Source of the DNA: the human T2T-CHM13v2.0 reference genome, Homo sapiens
Length of the DNA: 64,000 nt
Direction: 5' to 3' (one strand)
Assembly (NCBI RefSeq): GCF_009914755.1
Contig: NC_060935.1
Numbering within the stretch: the stretch's first letter is position 1; each line of letters opens with the position of its first letter. The notes below the pieces were generated by a model. The model searched no databases and had not been told where the DNA came from. It was given only the letters and a program-made list of their open reading frames with translations. This document shows, one piece after another, positions 14,796 through 25,198 of this stretch. Position numbers and translations under genes: made by a program.

Positions 14796-15550
14796 CATGT
14801 GGTGTACATCCTGTGAGAAGCGTGCAGGGAGTTTGTGGCGTGCGTTCTGTGAGAGGTGTGCAGGGAGTGTGAGGCGTGTATTCTGTGAGAGGCATGCAGG
14901 GAGTGTGAGGTGTGTATTCTGTGAGAGGCGTGCAGGGGGTGTGCGGCGTGCATTCTGTGAGAGGCATGCAGGGAGTGTGCAGCATGCATTCTGTGAGAAG
15001 CGTGCAGGGAGTGTGAGGCGTGCATTCTGTGAGAGGCGTGCAGGGAATGTGAGGCGTGCATTCTGTGAGAGGCGTGCAGGGAGTGTGAGGCGTGTATTCT
15101 GTGAGAGGCTTGCAGGGAATGTGAGGCGTGTATTCTGTGAGAGGCGTGCAGGGAGTGTGAGGCGTGCATTCTGTGAGAGGCGTGCAGGGAATGTGAGGCG
15201 TGTATTCTGTGAGAGGCGTGCAGGGAGTGTGAGGCGTGCATTCTGTGAGAGGCGTGCAGGGAATGTGAGGCGTGTATTCTGTGAGAGGTGTGCAGGGAGT
15301 GTGAGGCGTGCATTCTGTGAGAGGCGTGCAGGGAATGTGAGGCGTGTATTCTGTGAGAGGTGTGCAGGGAGTGTGAGGCGTGCATTCTGTGAGAGGCGTG
15401 CAGGGAGTATGTGGCATGCATTCTGTGAGAGGCGTGCAGGGGGTGTGTGGTGTGCATTCTGTGAGAGGTGTGCAGGGAGTGTGAGGTGTACATTATCAGA
15501 GAGGTGTACAGGGAGCATGCACTGTATATTGTGTGAGAGGTGTGCACAGT
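14795..15550. repeat. 36-bp CpG-rich minisatellite (VNTR-like), ~20-21 copies, unit TGTGAGAGGCGTGCAGGGA(G/A)TGTGAGGCGTG(C/T)ATTC
   Basis: The TGTGAGA anchor recurs every 36 bp from 14812 to 15532. The 12-aa periodicity in the ORFs of four frames reflects this. Confidence 0.95.
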
Positions 15551-16706
15551 GTAAGGTGAGCACTGTATGTGACTTGTCTGCAGTTTATCAGGTGCACATA
15601 GCTATGACACCACAAAGGCATATGGAAGAATGCAGGTGAGGACAAACTGTCCTTCCAAGAAAATGTGCTTGTCAGCTCTGTCCTGGGCTCACACTCTGGA
15701 CGCATGGCACAACCTCCTGAGCAGTGTCACAGGCAGAGGAGACAGAGGGACGTCCTCTGGCTTTTCAGGAGTCCTTTTATACATAAAGGAGAAGGCAGCT
15801 TTGAGAGGCCTTCTCCTCCATCCTTCTGCCTGCATCCATACCACGTTAGCTCAAGGGCAATGTGCTCTTTGAGGAATACCATACGTTGGTAATATTATTT
15901 TTACATCTGACTTAAATCCCTCATGCTGCAAGTTGAATTCGCATTTTTTTGGTGCTTTCAAATGTGAAGGTAGTGAACTCTCCTTTCATGTAGACCTCCT
16001 CACCCCGGGAGCCTAATGTCTTTAGGCTAGAAGAATAATTAGCACCTTCATGAGCTCTGCCTGCTTGAACACTTCTAGTCATTAAGTTATTGTCACCTTA
16101 TTTGTGTTGTTTAGTAAACAGAGCATGTGTATTTCAAACCCCAGGAATCTAGTCCCACAAAGACCCCAGGGCTCACCTCTGAGGCAGAGAAAGTCTTTAA
16201 TTACATAAAGAATAAGCTTGAAGAAGAGAGGCTGGATGAATGAATGAACGCCTCAGGTCTTTCCAGAAGCCAGGCATCAGTGGGTTCTTAAGCCTGGCCT
16301 CAGCTTCCCCTACCTGCTGGGCAGTCTCAGCTCCTGCTATTTTCACTCATCTGGCTTCCTAGTGTCTGGGAAAGAACCCGGAGTGAGAGGCATTGTGAGG
16401 GCTGCATGGAATGTGAGGTGCACATGGCATGTGGGGCCTCGTGGGGGAAAGAGCTGGGCGGGCTGCAGGGAGGGTCCCCCCATAACACCAAGCTCACATG
16501 GGTGACATCCCATGCCCTTTAGCCTCTTCCCTGGGTAGCAGCCCACCCTCATCTCACATCCTGAATTGGGCTAAAGCTTAGTTCTAGATGAAGTTATAAT
16601 TAAATTTAAAAATCACATCTAGAGAATTCCCTCTTAAATTTAAGTACTATGTCAGTTTTGGAGGGAGTTTTTATAAACCTATTGAAGAGGGGAATAAACA
16701 GCTCTA

Positions 16707-17079
<373 letters not shown>

Positions 17080-17229
17080 AGAAGTAACAGATTGCCCATC
17101 AAACCCCATGCCCAAACTCTATCTCGTGCCACCCCCACACCCCCCAGCCCCTACAGCTCCAGGAGCCATGCCTGTCTGTACCCACAGAATCCTCTGCTCC
17201 TAGCAGAAGCGATTGTCCCATAGAAGGTG

Positions 17230-17592
17230 CTCAATAATTATTTTGTTCTCTCTGCCGGGAGCATTCTTCCCCAGATGCCACATGGCTAACTCCCAAGCCT
17301 CTTTTAACTCTTTGCTCAAATGTTACCTTGCCAACCTGACCACTCTGTTTAACACTACAGCCGACCCCAACCTGGCACCTCAATCCTGCTCATCTTGTTC
17401 TGCTTGTAATATTTTTCTGCGTGTATCGCCTTCTAACATCTATATAATTTATTTATTATTATGTGTATTGCTTATTGTCTGCCCTGCCCTGCCCGCATGT
17501 CAGTTCCACAGGAACAAGGAACATGGTCTGTTTCATTCTCCATCACATTCCCAGCACCTGAATAAATGTTTGTTGTATAAGTGAATGAATCA
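17230..17592 (+). mobile_element. L2 3' end
   Basis: TGCTCAAATGTTACCT...AATAAATGTTTGTTGTATAAGTGAATGAAT. Confidence 0.65.
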
Positions 17593-17979
17593 TAGACTGG
17601 ACAACTGAGAGTGGGAATATCCCCACCACCCCAATAGTGCCCTGCCCCCACCCCCTGCACACTGGGTGGGAAGGGCACATGCTGTTGGTTGTCTTCCTGT
17701 TCCCTCCCTCCACAGTGTGGACTCCTGTTCTTCAACTCCCAGCTCAGCTGCCAGACTCCTAAGCCCTGCTTGTCTGTGGGAGGCTGGAGAGTACCCCCAA
17801 AGGGGGAAATGTGGCCTTCTGTGAGGAATCTCTGGGACCCTGTCCCTAATCTGGGACCATGTCTATATCCTGGCAATATCACAGTCCCTCCTGACCAACC
17901 CAGACTGGGCCCAGAGAAGGATCTATACCCATGTGGTGGGTGGATTTTGGCTTTCCCAGGGAGCAAGTTTGTCAGGGGA

Positions 17980-18520
17980 CAGAGGGAGGCACTCAGGTTG
18001 GACCCAGGAACAGGAAGGGAAAGGCTGGGGACAGAGAGGGGACCTGGAGCTGGCCCTGCCCCACCAGGCCCACTCATGCTTTTACCTTCTGGCCCTTTGG
18101 CGCCCCCCACCTCCCGGCCAGATACGCAGCCTGTGTCAGCCCCAGTGCAGAGCCACAGGCCCAGCCTGGGCAGGGGCAGGGTGCGTGAAGACTGGGGCAG
18201 GTGCAGGCTGGATTGGGTTTCCAGAGGCTATATATATAAAGGCTGCTGGGAGCCCCAGGGCCGCTCCCTGAGGGCACAACACTGTGGGGGCCCAGCCAGG
18301 CCCGCATTCCTTTCCAGAGGCCAGCTCTCCATTTATAGCCCCTGGGCAGAGCAGCCAAGGGAGCTGAGAGGGGAGGACTGGAAAGGGCAGAGGGAGAAGG
18401 GGCAGCCCAGGCAGCACTCCCTCCCCACTCCCCACCAAATGAGCCCCTCATCATGAAGACAGCAGAAGCCAGGCCCAGGGCGAGGTGTGCACATGCCCCC
18501 AAGCACAGAGCCTACCATTC
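17980..18520. promoter_or_regulatory. MYOD1 distal regulatory region (DRR, about -5 kb)
   Basis: Lies ~5 kb upstream of the TSS. CArG-like CCATTTATAG 18329-18338 (the known SRF/MEF2 hybrid site), MCAT CATTCCT 18305-18311, E-boxes CAGGTG 18198, CAAATG 18436, CACATG 18490, AT-rich CTATATATATAAAG 18228-18241. Boundaries approximate. Confidence 0.8.
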
Positions 18521-19769
18521 TGGTCAGACCTGCGTTGAGGGGTGAGGGGGCTGCCAGGGGATCCCCTCAAAGTCCCTCAGCCCATTGCTAGTGGCCCCTC
18601 ACAGAACAAGTCCAGCACCTGTGGACAAAGGGCACCCTTGACTAGACTCTGCAGTATAAGAGTTTGAATGTTTTCAGCTTCCAAACTTGGTATCCTTTTT
18701 CCCTCCGCCCCCAACCCAGCACTGGGACTAAAAGGACAACATGTCCCAGGTTGGACATACTTCTCCCTGCTCTGTGGGCAGCAGGGAAGAGATGATGGTG
18801 TTGACAAACCTCTCTCCAAAGAGGAGACGCAACCAGAAGGGTGATTCCAGGCAGGTGTGGATGCCAGGCATGGAGAGGTCTGAAATGGTCACCGAGTTCA
18901 GTGAGTTCCAATCTTTTTTTGAGCAACGGAAGCCTGGTAGCAAACAAAAATCCCACTTGAAAGCCTAATATAAAAATGGCATTTTACCACTAGAATGTCT
19001 GTGTGCTTTAAAACAGCGCTTCCTAATTATGGAAGAAGATGTAGCTGCAAATCAAGCTTAAAACTGTCAAAGCAGTTTAGATTTATAAGCCATAAGTGAT
19101 AAAATATTAAATGTGTTTGGTAAGTTCAAACATATAACATTTACTTATTTATTGTAAAGGCAACTTGATGACAGCCCTGAGGAAGTTTTTAGAAACACAA
19201 AGCACAAAAAGCAAAGTTGTATTCACTTGTCTCAGCATCCAATTTATTTTGTAGTTTCTTGCTTATTCAGATTTGGGGAAAATCTAGATTTGCATAGATA
19301 AGTGGTTTGAATAGCTCACCTGGGAATCTCAGAGTACTCTTTAATTAAGTAGACTCATTCATTCATTTGCCCAAGAAATATTTATTGAGTGCCTACTATG
19401 CACCTGGCTTTCTGCTGAGCCTTGAGCAAGTAGGAAGAAGTATTTGTTTCTAAATCATCAATACAACAATTACTTACATTCCTCATTGTGAGTATAGTGA
19501 AAAAACAATAAGAAGACACATCGAGATGCCAAATCTCTCTATAGTATACCACTACAATATTGCAGCATGCCATGTATAATGCCCAGTTCAAGAGAACATG
19601 CCCCAGGCAGATGGGGTCTGAGCCTTTCCTGGGAAGAGCAAGTGTAATAGAACATGGATGTCTAATCATGTATGTGACTTCCCAGTTTTGAAGAAATTCA
19701 ACCATCTTCATTAATGTCACAGTTCAAGACGTTCAAATATATGCATAGAGATGCAAAGGGCGTGAGGCC

Positions 19770-21390
19770 ACTCATTCATTCACTGGACATTTATCAGGTG
19801 CCTACTGTGTGACTGCCACTGTGATGGTTTTTGGAAATGTCATTGTGAACAAAACATCTTTGCCTTCATGGGGCTAAGTCAGTCATGAACAAACTAATGA
19901 AGAAGATTATAAAGAGTGGCAGTGCCTGGAAGGAAATTAACAGGGTGGTGTGAACCAGAGTATGGGGGGCAGTTATCTTAGAGGGAATGGTCAGTGATGT
20001 CCCAAGGAGGCAAGAAGATCTATTATATAAAATGCAGTCAATCTTGGGAAAAGCCCAGGGGATAATGCTATGAGTTTAGAGCAGCAAGGACAAGGCTCCA
20101 AGGCAGGATCCTGTTCAGAGTGTTAGAAGACAAGAAAGGAGGTCAGGCTAACTGGAGTAGAGCAATCAAAACGGATGGTGCCTCCAGGTGTAGTAAGAGA
20201 CACAGGCTGAGGCTAGCTCATGCAGGGCCTGATAGGCCAGGGGATGGAGATGAGATTTTACTCTAAATGCAAGAAGCTGCTGGGGAGTTTGAAGCAGGAG
20301 GATGGCATAATCCCATTTACATTGTAAAGGTCTACTCAGGCTGCTATGTAACGAATGGATTATACTGAGGCTACAGAGGAAGTGAGGAGGGCAGCCAGGT
20401 TATTGTGGTCATCCACAGCAGCAGTGTGACAGCTTAGTCCAGGATGGTGACACTAGGGATGGACTGACTTGAGACAGGTCTTAGAGGTAGAATGGACAGC
20501 TCTTCCTCATACTCAGACCTCTCCTTGGGAACTCCAGCCTTAAAAATCCCCCTGCCTAATCCACACTTCCATCTGGATATCCGATATGCATTTCAAATTT
20601 TGCCCAAACCTGGACACTTAATCTACCACCCACAAACCTAGTCTTCTCAACTCCATTCTTGCAGGAGTCATCCTTAGCTCCTTGCTTATCTCACTTCCCA
20701 CATGCAATCGTGAGTAAATACTGCTAGCTCCATCTTGAAAACATATATCTAGAATTCAACCACCACTTTTCACCAGCTCCACTCACTGGGATTATTGCAA
20801 TAGCCTCCTAATTGGTCTCCCTCCTTCTGCCCTTTCCCTCCAGTAACCAGCATGCTCCTGTTAAAATGTAAATCAGATAGTGATATTCTTCTCTTCCGCT
20901 CAAGCCCTCCAGTGAGATGGCTCAAGCCATCTCAGAATATAATCCTGTTTCTCTCTCTCTCACCCCATTTCCCACTATCTCTTTTACTCACCCTGCTGCA
21001 GACATATGAGCCTCCTTGCCATACTTTGAATCTGCCAAACATGGTCCTGCCTCAGGACTTTTGCACATGCTTATCCCTCTATCTGGCCCTACATATCTCC
21101 AGGTATCTGCTTCCAATTCTCTTCATTCAGGTCTCTGCTTAAATGTAGCAGAGAGGCCTTCTCTAATCACTCCATAATCTTCATCACTGTGTCTCCCTGC
21201 CTTGCTTTTTCTTCATAAGGCTTCTAACCTCCTGGCATCACATACTTCCTTGCTTATTTGTTCATTGTCTATCACCCTGCTTACATTGACAATGTAAGTG
21301 CCATGTAAGCAGAGTCTTGGTTTTGTTCATTGCTCTAGCCCCACACTTGGACTGGTACCTGCCACATAATGGATACCTAACAATATGTGG
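19770..21390. mobile_element. Two L2 3' fragments in opposite orientation (about 19770-20490 minus; about 20505-21390 plus)
   Basis: CATTCATTCACTGGACATTTATCAGGTGCCTACTGTG begins the minus copy. CCTGCCTCAGGACTTTTGCACATGC...TTTTGTTCATTGCT lies in the plus copy. Confidence 0.6.
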
Positions 21391-23059
21391 ATTTCCGGGT
21401 GACCCCCTGCAGCTTGGGTGGGGTGAGGCCAGGACTTTGCTGCCTCTGCCAGGATTTAGAGTTACTGTCACTGCTGCTCCATGATGTAGACTTTACTGAA
21501 TGAACAAATACAGGTGGGCCCTATGGAGTAAAGCGAGGTGAGTACTTCATGAAGGGAGACCTTCAGCACCACTACCAGCAGCAGAGAAGTGAAGAAGTTA
21601 GGACCCCAACAGAGCCCTCTGAGTTTTGTGGGAAGGGAGGACTTCTTAGGGCCCAGAACGGCCAGCTAGAATGCCTTCCAGAAGTTAGTGGGAAAGGCAC
21701 AAAGATCACTCCTGCTTAAATTTCTGGTTTCCAGGAGGGGAGATCCAGGCAGGGATGTATGGCCAACGGAGATTCCTAGCCAGAGTGCTGAGAGGACTGT
21801 GTGAACTGCAGATTCAGGAAGAGGCTGAGAGACCCCCATGGGGGTGGCCGGTATGCTGAGGCTTGTATGGGAGCCAGATATCCCACATCCCATGGGGTGG
21901 TTGCCTCCTCCTGTTTCCAGCCTTTCCAGTGAGGCTGCAGGAAAGAGACACAGCTAAGGCCTGGAGACTCGTGGCACTCCGTCAGGGCATGGTACCACAG
22001 ATGAGTTGTAAGCCTGCGGGACACAGCATCCAACTCTGAAAGCCCCTTGCTCGAATAACCCTACATCACCGCCTGAGGGCTTCCATATCCTTGGTCTCTT
22101 CAGACTGTCATCCCCACCACAATTACTCCAAGAAATTACTGTCATCCCCAAATCTATAACTGGAAACTGAGGCTCAGGAAGGAGACATGACTTCCACAAA
22201 ATCACACAGTTGGGAAACTCTGGAGTCTGCACTCAACTGGTCTGCAAACCGCACTCTCGGAGACTTCAGGTGAGATGAGGTCAGGTTCTCAGGCCAGGTC
22301 CTGAAGTTTGACACCTTGGCGAAATGCACTTTCCTTGACTCAGCACCGCGAGTGAGGCGGAGCCAAGCCCCGAGCAGAAGGGTTTTCTTCCCAGCTGAAG
22401 AGGCAGCTCAGCCTAGACCCCAGGCATGGCACTGGACACCCCTGCTGTGGAAACGTGCAGATTTAGATGGAGGGGATTCCTAACCTGGGCAGGATCCGAG
22501 TTTGGAGAGATTGGCGCGAAGCTTTAGCAGCAATCTCCGATTCCTGTACAACCATAGCTGGGTTTCTAAGCGTCTAGGGAAGAAGGACTGGGCCCACGAC
22601 CTGCTGAGCAACTCCCAGGTCGGGGACTGGCGGAATATCAGAGCCTCTACGACCCGTTTGTCTCGGGCTCGCCCACTTCAACTCTCGGGGTCTCTCCGCC
22701 TGTTGTTGCACTCGTGCGTTTCTCTGCCCCTGACGCTCTAAGCTTTCTGCTTTCTGCGTGTCTCTCAGCCTCTTTCGGTCCCTCTTTCACGGTCTCACTC
22801 CTCAGCTCTGTGCCCCCAATGCCTTGCCTCTCTCCAAATCTCTCACGACCTGATTTCTACAGCCGCTCTACCCATGGGTCCCCCACAAATCAGGGGACAG
22901 AGGAGTATTGAAAGTCAGTTCAGAGGTGAGCGCGCGCAGCCAGCGTTTCCCGCGGATACAGCAGTCGGGTGTTGGAGAGGTTTGGAAAGGGCGTGCCGGA
23001 GAGCCAAGTGCAGCCGCCTAGGGCTGCCGGTCGCTCCCTCCCTCCCTGCCCGGTAGGGG

Positions 23060-23260
23060 ACCTAGCGCGCACGCCAGTGTGGAGGGGCGGGCTGGCTGGC
23101 CAGTCTGCGGGCCCCTGCGGCCACCCCGGGGACCCCCCCCCAAGCCCCGCCCCGCAGTGTTCCTATTGGCCTCGGACTCCCCCTCCCCCAGCTGCCCGCC
23201 TGGGCTCCGGGGCGTTTAGGCTACTACGGATAAATAGCCCAGGGCGCCTGGCGAGAAGCT
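23060..23260 (+). promoter_or_regulatory. MYOD1: MYOD1 proximal promoter (PRR)
   Basis: GC boxes (GGGGCGGGG ~23085; CCCCGCCCC ~23145), inverted CCAAT (ATTGG 23165-23169), TATA-like ATAAATA 23230-23236; TSS expected at ~23255-23265. Confidence 0.85.
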
Positions 23261-23472
23261 AGGGGTGAGGAAGCCCTGGGGCGCTGCCGCCGCTTTCCTT
23301 AACCACAAATCAGGCCGGACAGGAGAGGGAGGGGTGGGGGACAGTGGGTGGGCATTCAGACTGCCAGCACTTTGCTATCTACAGCCGGGGCTCCCGAGCG
23401 GCAGAAAGTTCCGGCCACTCTCTGCCGCTTGGGTTGGGCGAAGCCAGGACCGTGCCGCGCCACCGCCAGGAT

Positions 23473-24102
23473 ATGGAGCTACTGTCGCCACCGCTCCGCG
23501 ACGTAGACCTGACGGCCCCCGACGGCTCTCTCTGCTCCTTTGCCACAACGGACGACTTCTATGACGACCCGTGTTTCGACTCCCCGGACCTGCGCTTCTT
23601 CGAAGACCTGGACCCGCGCCTGATGCACGTGGGCGCGCTCCTGAAACCCGAAGAGCACTCGCACTTCCCCGCGGCGGTGCACCCGGCCCCGGGCGCACGT
23701 GAGGACGAGCATGTGCGCGCGCCCAGCGGGCACCACCAGGCGGGCCGCTGCCTACTGTGGGCCTGCAAGGCGTGCAAGCGCAAGACCACCAACGCCGACC
23801 GCCGCAAGGCCGCCACCATGCGCGAGCGGCGCCGCCTGAGCAAAGTAAATGAGGCCTTTGAGACACTCAAGCGCTGCACGTCGAGCAATCCAAACCAGCG
23901 GTTGCCCAAGGTGGAGATCCTGCGCAACGCCATCCGCTATATCGAGGGCCTGCAGGCTCTGCTGCGCGACCAGGACGCCGCGCCCCCTGGCGCCGCAGCC
24001 GCCTTCTATGCGCCGGGCCCGCTGCCCCCGGGCCGCGGCGGCGAGCACTACAGCGGCGACTCCGACGCGTCCAGCCCGCGCTCCAACTGCTCCGACGGCA
24101 TG
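23473..24102 (+). CDS. MYOD1: Myoblast determination protein 1, coding exon 1 (aa 1-210: transactivation domain, His/Cys region, bHLH)
   Basis: Translation [13 protein letters not shown]...[72 protein letters not shown]...SNCSDGM is the MyoD N-terminus and bHLH. ATG at 23473 (gatATGG); donor ATG|GTAAGG at 24103; 630 nt. Confidence 0.99.
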
Positions 24103-24591
24103 GTAAGGCCGGGACCCCAGGAAGTGAGGAAGTTAGGGCGGCGCTCGGGATATCAGGGACGCGTTTCCGAGGGCGGGGAGCTGGCCTTGCGGGAGGTTTG
24201 GGCCAGGATCCTTCCCGAGAGAGAGGACCCCCTTGTCCTGGGCAGCTGTCACTGGGGTAGCCTGTTTTGGAAGTGTGCGGGCAAGCGTTCGAGCTGCCCC
24301 ATTGGGGGCGCTATTAGAACACTGCAGCGCGAACGTGAAGATCTTTTTCTCTACTTATCCCTACTTCCAAAATGTAAATTTGCGCCCCTTGGTGACTGTC
24401 CGCCCTTGGTTTGGCCCTGCATGTTGCAGACCTCATCTCCTACCCACCCGTAATTACCCCCCCAACCAGGACAGGTCTGGGCCCGGAACTAGAGCCTTAG
24501 GCTAGAGTTAGGGAGGGGGCGGCTACAGGAATTGGTGTTCGGGCCTCGAGCCGTCCCGCGGGCCTGACTCAGTCGCCCTTGCTGTTTGCAG

Positions 24592-24670
24592 ATGGACTAC
24601 AGCGGCCCCCCGAGCGGCGCCCGGCGGCGGAACTGCTACGAAGGCGCCTACTACAACGAGGCGCCCAGCG
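24592..24670 (+). CDS. MYOD1: MYOD1 coding exon 2 (79 nt)
   Basis: Acceptor ttgctgtttgcAG (24590-24591); encodes MDYSGPPSGARRRNCYEGAYYNEAPS plus 1 nt; donor G|GTGGGT at 24671. Confidence 0.98.
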
Positions 24671-24944
24671 GTGGGTATTCCGGGCCTCTCCCTGCTCGCT
24701 CCTCCTCCTTCATGGAGCTGTCCTGGCCTCTATCTAGGACGCTCCCACCCCCACTCACACACGCCTATGTCCTGGGAAGTGGTGCAGGAGATGAAATACT
24801 AAGCAAGTAGCTCCCTGTCTTTTCGATTGTCCCGGACTCTAACTAAAGTCCTCAGTTTCCAATCTGTCTCAAAGTACTGGGCCCGGGGGTGGGAGGCTTG
24901 TCGCGGCCCCACCCCTGCTTACTAACCGAGCCCTCCCCGCGCAG

Positions 24945-25198
24945 AACCCAGGCCCGGGAAGAGTGCGGCGGTGTCGAGCCTAGACTGCCTGTCCAGCATC
25001 GTGGAGCGCATCTCCACCGAGAGCCCTGCGGCGCCCGCCCTCCTGCTGGCGGACGTGCCTTCTGAGTCGCCTCCGCGCAGGCAAGAGGCTGCCGCCCCCA
25101 GCGAGGGAGAGAGCAGCGGCGACCCCACCCAGTCACCGGACGCCGCCCCGCAGTGCCCTGCGGGTGCGAACCCCAACCCGATATACCAGGTGCTCTGA
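24945..25198 (+). CDS. MYOD1: MYOD1 coding exon 3 (helix III, C-terminus, TGA stop)
   Basis: Branch point TACTAAC 24920-24926; acceptor gcgcAG 24943-24944; encodes (E)PRPGKSAAVSSLDCLSSIVERIS...PNPIYQVL*. 630+79+254 = 963 nt = 320 aa + stop. Confidence 0.98.

Noticed and set aside
14795-15550. CRISPR-like array
   Set aside because: Units are contiguous tandem copies with no unique spacers; eukaryotic DNA with no cas genes.
14268-15639. Long ORFs (431, 290, 261, 257 aa) on both strands
   Set aside because: They result from a stop-free 36-bp (multiple of 3) tandem repeat that is open in four frames; no coding context.
17472-18502. 255-aa and 212-aa ORFs over the DRR
   Set aside because: No recognisable homology, and they overlap an enhancer and an L2; chance in GC-rich DNA.
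21562-21582. REST/RE1-like TTCAGCACCACTACCAGCAGC; also split half-sites at 38825 and 38891
   Set aside because: The essential GGA core of the right half is missing at 21573, and the KCNC1 half-sites are ~57 bp apart.
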